From: Nageia nagi
Taxonomy: Eukaryota > Plantae > Pinophyta
Assembly (NCBI GenBank): GCA_050084985.1
Contig: JBITNC010000001.1
Location: 192,324,001-192,388,000, forward strand
Reading direction: 5' to 3'
DNA length: 64,000 bases
The translations under genes and the position numbers were made by a program. Below the pieces are notes generated by a model. That model worked only from the letters and a program-made list of their open reading frames with translations, ran no database searches and was not told the DNA's origin. Below, one piece after another: positions 1-13,224 of the stretch. Within the stretch, counting starts at the first letter, position 1, and every line of letters begins with the position of its first letter.

Positions 1-725
1 AAAATTTGTTGCAAAGCCATTTTGAATTGATCACCAAATTATTTTTCAAACTCCATTAGAGCTAAAATTTAAACTATACAACAAATGTATTTTGATATAC
101 AACTTTTAAAAATTTAATTCCATAACTCCTTACAATTTCTCTAAAAATGCTTCAGTTCGAAAGCCTCCAAAGCTAAATTGGTAACTAGGCCAAAAAGAGT
201 AAAAATAATCGGAATGGTACTGAGACCAAGAACTATTGCTCCAAACTCTGTGCAAACATAGTCAACACTAATATGAGTTGGAAACACACATGTTATAATT
301 TTCAACACTAAATCATCTTTTTCGATCACCTTGTAATGCAAAATCATCATGCTTTTGAAAAACCATTGGAAGACCCAAACATGTACCAACAACTGGATGA
401 CCATGATTTGACATTGTAACTAAGATCAAAAATAACCTCTAAGACTACTAATGATGTTTTGAGCAACCCAAAATAGTTCATTAGAACTAAGTGTCAATAT
501 TCATGCATAAAGACACATTTCACATTGTTGATAACTTTTGAGCAACTTTTGCAAGAATTGCAATTTTTGCAAACTTGGATTTTCGATGTAAATAGACTAA
601 AGCAACATTGTACACATCTCCATATTAACTATCTAAACATTGAGCAATGCATCCATGATACAACCTATCACTATAACCACCTGATTTAACTGAGTTTGTT
701 GACAATAATAACAATAATCTCATCA
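1..725. mobile_element. Fragment of a Copia/SIRE-like LTR, truncated by the window edge
   Basis: Shares CAACTTTTG-type repeats and a similar end (GACAATAATAACAATAATCTCATCA) with the LTR end at ~42940-43313; the similarity is loose. Confidence 0.35.
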
Positions 726-2299
726 CTTTACTCAATAGAATACACGTATAATGTTGAGCCACATTTATATCTATGCACTTAACCAAATTTAAAATCCAAT
801 GTGTTATAATGAGATGATCCCCTTATTATTTTCCTCTCTTTAACCATCTCATATACCTATGAGGTTCACATCCACCTCATCTTTTTACTTTATATAATTT
901 CCATCAGATAAAAATATTTTGGTTGATCAATTTGTTTGATTACCCAATATGTATTAAAGGTTGGTAACAATTAGCTATCCAACTTAGAATCTTGGTATAA
1001 GCTAGAGAAATTGCATGACACATTACTCCCATTTCTCATTCAATTACATAAATTCCACTCAATATGTATCATAAAAATATTAACAAAAAAAAGAACGAAA
1101 GAAAAAAAAAAAGGCTTTCAATAAATACAACTTCCTCTATCCAACAAGTTTACCTAAAACAAAAGAGGCAAGAATGGAGAATGGAAGAGGAAGTAATTCT
1201 CATACATCTTATCTAGTGAAAAAATTTCCACCTTTTACATATTTCACCCTAATAAAAGGTACAATTCCCATGTAAAGCTTCTCGCCTTTCTAAACTTTCA
1301 TGCATTTCGATACCATTTTGTCATGCAAGTATTTGGCCCAATTGAAGCCCAGGTAAAGTTCAATAAATGTTATTGCATTTGGAAATTTAGAATAGTAACC
1401 ATTCTATTAAAATTAACCAAAACCTTATAAATCTACCTACATACCACTTGTACATACAACCATCTTCAAAGCCTACATCTTTCATCTCATTCATTTTTAT
1501 CTATACACATGATCATCCCATTTAACCATATTGTTTATATAAATAATATCTTGTACATAGACTATAGTGCGGCAAAACATTCCACATAAATATATGAAAA
1601 CGTAACATAATGATAAATCAAGCTCATGTGATTGATTAAATACATATATTTTGACTAATTCATATTTTTTTTGCATTCTTGTAAGTGCTTAGTATGTAAC
1701 TTTCATCTTCAAATGTACACAATGCCATGTAGGTTCAGTAACCAAGGAAGAAATTCCTAAAGGACTACATAGTGATTCAAGATTTAAATCCCTTATGTGC
1801 ATAATATCTAGTATATGTTGACATTCATATTGAAATTGGCTTAAAGTATTTACACCTTTAATTATGAAAAGATAAGAGATTACAATAATAATCTAGATTA
1901 AGTAACCAAGTATTCAACATCTTATGCTTAATAGTGGATGAATTGATTCCATCGAGTGAAGGAAACACCTCGATAAAAAACATCATCCACATGTGGTCAT
2001 GCATCCATGTAAAAGGCTTAAAGTTACACAAGCAATCTATATCAATTGAGAATCAAGTATTCAACATCCTAAACTCAATAGATGGAACTTGAGACCATTG
2101 AACATTAATTTTCATTTCACAAAAATAAGAGCTTGTTGTACACATTAAAATTGAAGTTGACCCCAAAACATGTCTATTAAATATTTGGTTGTATTTTACT
2201 ATGATTATACTTTCAAATATCACTTTATCCATTTCTTTAAATAAAATTTTTAATCCAACCATAAGTTAATGTTTCATCATTACACATCATCATTTGATA

Positions 2300-2760
2300 T
2301 TGCTATAACATTATTTTATTAAAAAAATATTAATAACATTTAAATTAAAAAAATAATTTTATTAATAACATTAAAAAATAAAATAAAATAGATTTAATTA
2401 ACTGACTAACTAAAAAAAAAACAAATACATTAATAACATTACAAAAAAATAAATACACTAATAAAATTTAAAATATTATTATTATAATAAAAAAATAGTT
2501 TAAAAAAATTAAAAAGTGACCAACGTTAGCTAGGTTACGACCGATTACCCGTTATTTCATAATAATAAAAAATTTATTGAATAGTAATAATAATAATAAT
2601 AATAATACAAAAAATAATATTACTATTAATAATAATAAAAATAAAACTATCAAACATTTAAATAATAATAATAACAAATTATATATATATATATAACAAA
2701 TAATAATATCAATATTAATACTAATAAAAATAAACTATTTTAAAATTTCTAACACAATAT
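2300..2760. repeat. AT-rich low-complexity tract with (TAA)n ~2585-2606 and (TA)n ~2680-2695
   Basis: Read directly from the sequence. Confidence 0.8.
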
Positions 2761-4744
2761 ACTTTTGAACGCCCTCCATCCACTTTCTCAAATAATTGGC
2801 ATATTTTGTTTTTGTTTTCATCATCTATCTTATCACATTACTAAATATTTGGATAGCTAATAATGTTGATAATTGGTTATTAATCAAGTAGATACCCTTG
2901 TCTTATCTTATCAATCATCTTCACCATCTCCATTGTCTCTCGTCACCCCAACGTTTGAGGGGGAATACTTTTGCTTCGTCAACATGTTGTGTTTAGTAAT
3001 ATAACTCACAACCATGAAAAACATATGATCTATGACTTTTGTAAAATATTATCATAAATCCATGGGTCAAGAGCATTATCATCAATCCCTGGGGCAAGAG
3101 CATAATTACCCAAATGAAAACTAGTCCACCTTAAGAAGACTCCAACATTGTACAAATGCTTAGTGGTAGAGATAAAATAAGACCATGAAAATAAGATCTG
3201 TTAACTATTCACATCAATTCAATATGTACTCAACTTGTGTTCCAAATGTAATTTGATGTAAACATCAAAAATTTTACCTTAGTCATAGTTGGAGAAACTA
3301 CGATTGTCCACAGCCTAAAACAAGATGATTGTATTTCCTCTAAAAAGTCATGAGTAAACATGTTCATGCCTAATAACCTTTGTTCATTATCACCACTAAT
3401 TAATGTCTAATTAATTTTGAACTATTCCCCATCCTATGATGGAAAATAGTCCAAAAATGGGCAAAATGTAGACATATGAAATAAGCAACTTTGCATCATT
3501 TGCATGGCTGTAAAGACATTCATCATCATTAAAAATCCCAATATCATTAATCTTAAAATCCAATAATGCTCACCTCAAAACTTGACATTGTTTATGCACT
3601 AATAAACACCATTAGTCTTAAAATTGACACCATTTTAACTTAGTTTAAATAATAACTCTTTTATATGTATTTTAAATTACATAATAAGTGCTCGAATGGA
3701 GATATCTCATCGAGCATATGCAAATGAACTAGTCCTATATCCCTTTTCAAGCAATTCTGTACTATTTAGAAAAAGTGTCAATCCTAGATCCTAATCATGG
3801 GTAATCTAGTCCAATGACAGGCGAATCAATCCAATCTTGTATGACCATAGTCTTAGGTAACAACAGTCTTGGGTGACCCAATTCGATCGTAGGTGACTCT
3901 AAATTGCCAAAATAAAAAAAATAATCAATCTGATAGATTGCTAACCCCAATTTTGAGGACTATTAGGAGCCAATTTTGACTGACCAAATTGGCCAACTGA
4001 ATTAGCAACTTGTCATCCCCCAACCAATCCCTAAATCTATTTAAAGGGACTTGGTGGTTGATTTTTACAATCGATATTTATCATACCCATATGCTTCCCA
4101 AATTCCTACCAATCTATACTACACATAATTTAACCCCTTTTTAGTTGAAGTTTATATGCAAAACTCAATTCATCTTATTAAAAAATACTTAGGAGGTTGT
4201 AGTGGATCGGGGCACCCATGTGTTGACAAACTTTTTTTTCTTTATGCATATTTCTTTTACAACTCTACTTATATTAAATTAGACATGGTGCATGATTGAA
4301 TTAATTTTAAAATTATAAAAATAATGTGAAGATACAATTACTAACTTGATTTCTATACAATCACTGCCATATTGTAACTAAGTTTATTTCTAAAATTGTT
4401 ACAAGAGACATTGTTTTGAGGCATGGGAACTGATTCCATCATTCCAAACATAGAGAACATTCTTGTGGAGATTATTGGTGATGAAAACTAATGCAATATT
4501 TAAAGAGTCTTGCACAATGAAATGGTGCATGCTTTTAAGTAGAAAGGTAACTATGTTTATTTTATTTCATTTTTTCAAAAAGTATTGTTATTAAATGTTT
4601 GTACAAATAGACAATATTGTTGATTGATGATATCATATTTTCAAGTGAACGTAACCACCTACATATATTGATGCGATATTTGTGAAATACTTTTTTTTTT
4701 TTAAGTATGAAGAGAGTAGAGAAACACTTACTTTTCTTTACCTT

Positions 4745-5172
4745 TATTATTTTGCATAGTCATTTTATTTGGAATCATTCTATTATCTTATGCCTATTTT
4801 TCCATTGAAAATCTAGGCCTAAATTTAATATAATAATTTCTTTATAGATTGAAGTAAATTTTGCATTGTCCATAGATAAAAATACCAATAATTTTTTAAT
4901 TGGAATTAGATCATGTTTTATACATTTAACTCTTAAAAATTAGAGTAGAGCAACTCTTAATTGTACTTAACTCTTGCCTTCATCATTTTGTGTATTCATT
5001 TTGTTTGGAATCATTCTATTATCTTGTGCCTATGTTTGCATCAATCATCTATGCCCAAATGTAGTAATTTCTTTATAGTTTCATATAGATTTCACACTGT
5101 CCATGGATAAAAATACCAAGAATTTTTTGGATGGAATCAAACCATTTTTTGTATATTTAACTATTAAAAATT
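4745..5172. repeat. Two-copy diverged tandem duplication, period ~236 bp
   Basis: TTTGGAATCATTCTATTATCTT...TGTCCAT(A/G)GATAAAAATACCAA...TTTAACT(C/A)TTAAAAATT occurs at ~4768 and ~5004. Confidence 0.8.
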
Positions 5173-6499
5173 ATTATACATATTTGATTATTGTAATTCT
5201 TTAGTGATAGAATTGATTTTGTTTAATCCAATTGCATCTAAGTAGTTTTTTAATGCCTCTATCTTTCATAATTTTTTGCATGTTTTAATTTTATTTTACT
5301 TACTATACATAGTATTAATATTTGAGAGTAACACATAAGATACAAAATTTTTGGGATCTAAGTTTAAAACGTATTCTGCTACAAATTATGCTAACTCCAC
5401 ATTGTTATGAATTCTATAAGCATTAAGCAAATAGCTTGAAACTTTCCTTCTTAATGCTCCCACATTTTGAATACATGTATATCAAGGTTGTTATCATAAT
5501 TATATGTGAAAGAAACCCATATCTAGTTATTTATCCATGCCCCATTTTAAAGCTACAAAAGTTGCACATACAAAAATAATACTTGCAAAGGTTATTGAAT
5601 TTGGTCTAAAACCAATCAATTACATTTTTTGAAAATACTTCAGGACCTCTAAACCATAACTATTTTGTGTATTTCCTATGATCATTATAGTCTAGAGATT
5701 GTGTCTATCTGTTGCATTTGGTCAAATAGTACATGATCCTTCTGTATATTTTAGAAAACTTAGCATAAATGTTCATTAGAGAATATTATCTACACATCAA
5801 ATTATATTGCATAATCAATATGAGTAATTAATTATTTTTTCCTCTCTTATCAAATTTTGCATTATAAGTATGTAATATATTATATGGTTGGGTTTTTTAC
5901 CAAGTAAGTGAAAGAGATGATAAACATCTCCTAGAAGACTTGGACAAACTTTTTAATGAAAATTGAATAGTGGATGGAGATGTCAATAATGAAGAGGAGG
6001 AAGATACTAGAATGGGTGAGGTTTATATTGAGATCCCAAGTGGATTTACTGAGTAGAAAATTATGATATTGTTCAGATTATATTGTGTTTTTAATATATA
6101 AGTTAGTGGTTTAAATTTGACTATGCCATGTAGTACATACTATAATTTTATCTCCTATTAATGGGTATTTATTATAGTTCAAGTGGTATAAATTGAAGTG
6201 GAAAGCATCGATTAATGAAGAGATTAGAATTTATAAAGATTTATAAGTGAATAGCTTATGAGTTAAAAAAGTAGATTATTTCATTGTATAAGTCAAGAAT
6301 GGCAAGTTGGGATATTGATTGATTGATTCTATATAATTTTTTTTTTTGCTTATACAAATATGAGATTCATCTGTTTAAAGAAACTTCATCTTCATTCTTG
6401 TACATGTTTTTTTATATTTTAGGATTGAAGTTCATGTATTCAATGATGAATAATGTATTTAATATTTTTTTATATTGTAAGATTGAAATTCATGTAATA

Positions 6500-6658
6500 T
6501 TTAGTTTTAATATTCCATAGGTTGGTAACTATTATATATTACCAAACATATTCTTAATATTATTATTTGTTCTTCTTATGATGTTAAGAACAAATAATAA
6601 GATTAAGAATATTTTTGGTAAGATATAACATTAATAACCTATGGAACATTAAACTAAA
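6500..6658. repeat. Fold-back inverted repeat (~73-75-bp arms, 11-nt loop)
   Basis: Arm 6500-6574 is the near reverse complement of 6586-6658; loop is CTTATGATGTT. Confidence 0.9.
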
Positions 6659-6699
6659 CCATCCACCTAGATCCAATATAATTTCAATTTTTATTTTAT

Positions 6700-6998
6700 T
6701 TTTTTAAGGGTATTTTAGGCAATTTTAAAATACTCTCAAAATGGTCTTTTAGGTCAATTTTAAACTACCTTAAAAAAGGTTTATTACGATGGTTTTAAAT
6801 TTCTCTAAAATGTCCTATTTAAGTGGTTTTGAAAATCAATTTTACATCTATGAGAGCAGTTTTAGATGATGGCTTTGAAATTTCATCTTTACCCTCAACT
6901 TTTTTATGATGCCCTCATATACAACACACATAAAACCACTATTAAAGGCCTATCATGGTAGTTTAGAACCACCCTTGAAGCCCAAATTTGGTGTAGTA
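6700..6998 (+). mobile_element. 3' end of a CACTA (En/Spm) element with decayed subterminal repeats
   Basis: Ends ...CCCAAATTTGGTGTAGTA (TGTAGTG terminus with one G>A), preceded by repeated GGTTTT.AAA(C)CAC-like motifs. No matching 5' end was found. Confidence 0.6.
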
Positions 6999-8984
6999 TT
7001 GGATAATTAAATTTATATTATGCGAGGATAAATATGTGATTACTTATGGATAAATAAAAAATTATTTATCCTTGACTAAATATAAAGCATTTATCTAGAG
7101 GTAATGTATTTATATGCACATATGCCCATGCCCATGTATGCATTCCCTTCATGATGAATTTAAGCTAGAAAGTGGGGGGACCACCAATGCTCACCAATGG
7201 AGTTTTAGGAGGCTAGATAGTCTTCACCTACTTTATGTTCATGATGAGTCTTGAGGTAGTTTAGAATGTTATAATGATTGCATATGTGGATTGATTTTAA
7301 GTTTATCTATTCATGAGATCACCATTTATAGTTAAAAGTAATTTATATATGATTATGTTTAAAATATTTTATTTTAAATAAGAAAAATACAAAACTAATT
7401 ATTTTCTTCATTGAATTGTGGTGATATTTGAAGATATTTTGACTCTAATTGCCATAAATGATACATGTGGATGTTTTTTTGTATGGTGAGAGTTAGAGAG
7501 CCCCCATGGCTATGGATCAAATCAAGAGCATAATGGAATTTTTTGGGATACTCATAAAAGATTTATTCAATATTGATCTCTACATCCAACACATGTGAAT
7601 TCTTATTGTAGAAATAAGCACAAGGTATGATAGATTATATACTTTATGGAAAGAGTTGAGAATCAAAGAACACATACATCATCTAGGTATATGGAGGATC
7701 CTCAAGTTCATGCACTTGAATTTAACTATGTGTGCTTATGCGCATGTTGGAGTGGTATTGAATACCATAGAGTTTACCAACATTTTGAAAACTTCTTAGA
7801 ATATTTTTGTAATAACTATAGAGAGAATAAAATTTATAACAATTTTAAGCACCAATACAAGAAGCATCATGTAGATTACAATGAAAGGAAAAAACATATA
7901 TACAAGATTCTTCATCATGTTGGGCTAACATATTAGGTGAAGATGAAGCTTATGTTGGATAAAGTTTTCTTTGAGTATGAGAAGTTGAATTTTCCCTTTA
8001 ACCTTGTTTGAGAGTGTATCTCTTAAAGATGACCTGAGAGTATTTTATCAAGTGTTGGAATAGACTAACCTATAGGGTATTTTTGATTAAAGTTCATGAC
8101 ACAAGAGTATTGAAAGTTCATGATGAAGTATTATTTGTGGAGATATTTAATGTTGTTTACAATTTTGAGTTTGATTATTTTGGAAAGGGTGATCCAACTT
8201 GGTATGAGGATAGGGACTCCATGAGAATATTAAAAGAGTGATTTAGAAGAAAGTACATATTTCTTAAGAGGAGCTTTGTGAATTATATGATATGCAATCA
8301 AATTGATACGAAGGTGAAGAGGGAGATAGAGAGAATTATAAATCTTGTGACCTATACAGAATGGTAACACTCTCTTGATAAGTCTTTTCATGGGGTTGAA
8401 AAAAAATTGCAAAGATATTAACCATTATTAAATATTTATCATTTCCATGATATAAAGAAGCCCAAGGACTTCTACAGTTAGTATGAGAGCCCCAATACCT
8501 AGATAATTGAGTGTATTGTAAAGTGGGTGCATAACTTATTTATGTACATGGAGGAGTGGCTATGTAATAAAAAAAACTTGATCTATAAAAAATGTGAAGA
8601 ATGGGTATCATCTATTATTTTTATATAGAAACTTCTAATTTTTGTTTCCAATCCATTAACATCTCATGATTAAACATGATGATCTAGATAAGATGAGGTG
8701 GAGAAGGCTTTGATCCATAAGATTACTTTTCAGAATCACAAGATTGATTTTAGGGATCAACATATTCCCATGTACAAGAGCTCATGATCAAAATCAAAGT
8801 TAATAATTTAAATTGAATTTAGAAGTATTTATTAAAAGTTGTTATCTAACTAGGGGACTAATCACCCCCCACAACTTGACATTTTTATAAGGCATTTGAT
8901 ATCATGATATATTGGTTGAGAAATTTTATGGGTTTAATATTCTTTCTAGTGAGCATAAAATCATATTTGTAATTCTATATGTTC

Positions 8985-9245
8985 ATATTAGATTCATGAC
9001 TATTCAAATATTCATAAAACTATTCAAGAACATTTGCAAAGCTAATATGTCATATTAGCTTCATGAATATGCAAACATGAAAAAATATAGTGCTAGATTC
9101 ATGAATCTATTAAGGAAGATTTATGAAGATAATATAACATATTATCTTTGTGAATATGCAAATGTAATTTTTTTAGCGAAACCTTATTGAAGCTATTTAG
9201 GAGGATTCATAAAGCTATTCAATCATATTAGTTTTATGAATCTAC
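8985..9245. repeat. Cluster of short palindromic repeats (TAGCTTCATGAA / TTCATGAA core), subterminal-repeat-like
   Basis: Perfect hairpin AAGCTAATATG-T-CATATTAGCTT at 9039-9061 and multiple (A/C)TTCATGAA variants. Confidence 0.55.
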
Positions 9246-9489
9246 AAAATTAAATTTAATAAAAAAGCTATCACACTTTTTGATGCACCAATTTGCATTA
9301 TGAGGATGATGAAATTAATGAAAATTCATTTCAAACACTTCTTAGTTGAACTATAAGCTCATTTATGCATTTTAACTTAAAAACTCAAAACCCTAATGCT
9401 AGTAGAGTTGAGGAGAACAAGTTGAGAACTACAATAAACTTGCTTGGGTTGTTAACAGTAAGTTGTGAAAACCTAATTTTTTTTATATT

Positions 9490-10430
9490 TATATTCATTA
9501 TAGTCCATGAAATTGGATTTACACCATGTATATTACCTAATAATTTTTGAGCCTTTTGTATTCTTTTATATTTTGCATACATGTCTATTAGGAAAATCAC
9601 AATAACAATATTTGATGAAAACCCATTTTTAACTACTTTAATAGATTTTTGTACATTCTTCTAGTGCTCCCATATCAAATATTTTATGGGCCTCCTATAT
9701 TCTTCCATATTTTGCATACATGTCTATTAGGGTATTCATAATAACAACTTTCAATGGAAATCCATTTTCAACTACTCTTTGATAGATGTCCATATGTTCT
9801 ACTAGAACTTCAATGTCAAATATTTTACGAGCCTTATCTATTCATCCAAATTTTTCATACATTTCTACTAGGGCACTTACAACAATAATATTAAATAAAA
9901 ACCCATTTTCAACCACTCTTTGATAGATGTTCATACCTTCTTCTACAAAACCCATGGAAAATAATTTATAGGCCTTCTTTATTCTTCCACACTTTGCATA
10001 CATGTCTACTAGGGCACTCATATCAGCAAAATTAAATGAAAATCCATCATCAATAATATTTCTTGAGACATTTAAATTTCCTTAAAGGTCTCTAAGGCAT
10101 TCTTAGAAAACCCATTTAGTGCATATCTTGTGATAATTGCATTCCATTGGATTACATTTTGATGAGATATTTTATCAAATAATTTAAATTTTATTTAAAC
10201 ATATGAATTTTATACATATAATGCAATGATTATATTTCATTAACTTATTTTTACATCATTCATCTTTTCAAACGATTTATGTGCCTTATCAGGGCATTCA
10301 TAACCACAACATTCAATGAAACCAATTTTGTATAATTCCTTATTTTTACAAATTGAATTATATATGGAATTAACAACCATGTAACTATAATTACATCATG
10401 TGTATTGTCAAATAATAGGACTTCTGTATT
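9490..10430 (-). pseudogene. Mosaic of PLS-class pentatricopeptide-repeat (PPR) gene fragments
   Basis: Minus-strand translations: LIDMYAKYKRIQKAQKLLGNIHGVNPISW (ORF 9385..9600), SALVDMYAKCGRIKKAYKLF (~9965-10020), KLFDKISHQNVIQWNAIITRYALNGFSKNALETFK (~10082-10186). These are canonical PLS-PPR motifs with stops and deletions. Confidence 0.85.
9540..10060 (-). repeat. PPR-derived tandem array, ~141-bp unit, ~3.5-4 copies
   Basis: GCC..TATTCTTCCA.ATTTTGCATACATGTCTA(C/T)TAGG anchors at ~9550, 9690, 9831 and 9971. Confidence 0.85.
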
Positions 10431-10864
10431 GTTGCTTCATTAACTTGATATTTTTATCTAGACCTTAGAGTCTACTTTCACAATCTTTACTATGCTCCTT
10501 ATTTGCCTTTTCAAGATAAAAAACTCTAGAAACATAATTTTTGTAAAGTTATTTTTTGCTAACCACATATATTTTTTTATTTCAAGAGTTCTTTCCACTG
10601 TTTCTAATTTTTCAATCAATTGCATTATACAAATAGAATAAAATATCAATAATATGAAATCCAAATCATTAAAAGAAATAACAAAGGTAATCCAAAAACA
10701 TAAGTAGGAGAAACATGAAAAATTAGCCAAAAAATACTATCAACTTAGTTATTGTTCATGTGTGTTTATCTTTCAAATAAATTGTAGTATACAAATCAAA
10801 ATCTTCTACCTTAACACAACAATAAATTATTAATTCAAAATAAATCAAATTTAGAATACATAAA

Positions 10865-12400
10865 ACTTAGGGCCTTATGTTTTATTTTGTATATTTATTT
10901 TTTGCATGCAAATAGAACATATACAAATGTTATGTTGTTATAGTTAGGTCCAAAGTGCTTCATTAGATCAAATATTTTAAGTGAATATCTCCTAATCATT
11001 TTATTACATGAAATTTTATTTGCATCATGCATATTTTCAAACAATTATTGGGCCTCTTGTTCTTCCACATTTTGCATAATATATTATGCATGCAACAAGA
11101 ACACATACAAAGGTTATGTTGTAACAATTGGATCCTAAATGATATAATAGATTAAATATTTTAATGGAATTATTATAATTATTTTAGTTCATTATATTTT
11201 ATTTGCATCATGCATCTTATCAAATAATTCTTTGGCCTCATGTGCTCTTCCACATTTTGCATACTTCTTTATTACATGTAAGAAGAACACATAAAAAGGT
11301 TATGCTGTTACAGTTGGATCACAAGTGCTTCATTATATCAAAGGGTTTAAGTGTATATATCCTAATAATTTTAGTCCCTAAAATTATTTTTTCATAATAT
11401 ATCTTGTGAAATAATTCTTAGGCCTCATGTATTCTTCCACATTTTCTATATATTTATTTTGCATGTAAGTAGAACACATACAAAGGTTGTGGTGTTACAA
11501 TTGGGTCCCAAGTACTTTATTAGATTAACCATTTTAAGTGAATATCTCCTAATAATTTTAGTCCATAAAATTTTATTTGCATCATGCATCTTGTCAAATA
11601 ATGCTTGGGCCTTATATTTTCTTCCACTTTTTACATGTTTTCTGCATGCAAGTAGAACACTTTCAAAGGTTATGCTATTATAGTTAGGTACCAAGTGTTT
11701 AATTAGATCAAATAGTTCAAGTGCATATATTATAATAATTTTATTCTATTCAATTATTTTTTCATCATGAATCTTATGAAATAATTCTTAGGCCTCATCT
11801 ATTCTTGCATATTTTGCATATTTATTTTCTATGTACCTAGAATACATGCAAAGGTTATCTTGTTGCAGTTGGGTCCCAAATACTTAATTAGATAAAATAT
11901 TTTATAGGAACTATTATAATAATTTTATTCCATTAAATTGTATTTTCATCATGCATATTATCAAACAATTCTTAGGCCTCATATTTTCTTTCAAATTTTG
12001 CATACTTATTTTTTACATGAAAGTAGAACACACATAAAGGTTATGTTGTTATAGTTGGGTATCAAGTACTTAATTAGATAAAATAGTTTAAGTGAATATA
12101 TTATAATCATTTTAGTATATGAAATTATTTTTTCATAATGCATCTTGTCAATAAATTCTTAGTCCCCATGTGTATAATTCAATTTTTGCATATATGTATT
12201 ATACATGCAAGTAGAACACATGAAAAGGTTATGCTGTTATAGTTGGATACCAAGTTATTTATTAGATAAAATAATTTAAGGATATTTTTATAATAATTTT
12301 AATCCATTAAGTTATTTTTTCATCATTCATCTTGTTAAACAATTCTTGCACCTCATGTGTATAACTCAAATTTTGTATACATGTATTCTGCATGCAAGTA
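10865..12400 (-). repeat. PPR-derived satellite, ~186-187-bp unit, ~8.3 copies (copy A)
   Basis: GCATGCAAGTAGAACAC-like anchors at 10904, 11088, 11274, 11461, 11644, ~11830, 12015, 12203 and 12390. Minus-strand consensus reads MYAKCGRIHEAQELFDKMHDANKISWTKMIRRYS-LKIFDLMKHLGPNCNNITFVCVLLAC (cf. ORF 11446..11694). Confidence 0.92.
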
Positions 12401-13224
12401 TCACAATTATTTAGTGGTTTGGGCTTCTCTTACATTCATTCTTGGAGCACTTTGGGTAATGAGGTAACTTAATACCTATTAAAAGGTACATCATCACTTA
12501 TTTTATAGTATTTTACTAAAATATATGTTATATTATTGATAGATGATCTATTTTATCAATAGATATATGGAAGAAAACCTTCATTTGATTTTATCTATGG
12601 TATAACTCATGGTTGGGGCCTTAAAATTACAATGTTTAGTATTTTTGCATTGCTTTTTGGTAATAAAAATTTATTATACAATGAGAAAATTAAGGTTTGA
12701 TCTCATTTACTTGTTATATGATGACCAATAGGTTAAATATCATGGTCCTATTAGAGATTGACATGCACATAAGGTGGTCAAGAGGTTATACTTCTATTGC
12801 ACCATATATGTTTGTGGTGATCTTGGGGGAGAGGGGAAAGGTTTTGGGAGTGTTGTAGATTGAATCACCATAGGAGGAAAATTCATCAAGACCTTCACTT
12901 ATCATATGTTTTGTAATTTCCAAAGGATAAACCATACAAAAGGTATTCAAGAGAGAAATATATGAAGGAAAGGGAGGACATACCAAAGGTTATTAAAAAA
13001 TATTCTAATTCTTATCAATATGGATTGGTAAATGAAGAGATGAGAAAAGAGAAAGTGATTAAGTGTGTAGATATGCTATAAATAGAAAAGGAACACATCA
13101 ATTTACAAATGGAAATATATAAAAATAAAGAAAATAAAGATAAATTAATAAATAAATATAAGATGAAACTAGCCATAAAGATGGAACATCTTGTGAAAGA
13201 TGAGGGAGGTAATGTAGCAAGAGA

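Noticed and set aside
4400-6020. Exon-like patches with GT donors as a host gene
   Set aside because: Short, stop-ridden and unassignable; at most captured fragments inside the CACTA remnant.
11446-11694. ORFs in the PPR arrays (also 29198..29605) as functional PPR genes
   Set aside because: The P motif is internally deleted, most unit lengths are not multiples of 3, stops are frequent, and no E/DYW domain or targeting peptide is visible.
10865-12400. 187-bp or 161-bp arrays as CRISPR-like arrays
   Set aside because: Whole units repeat with no unique spacers, there are no cas genes, and the context is eukaryotic.
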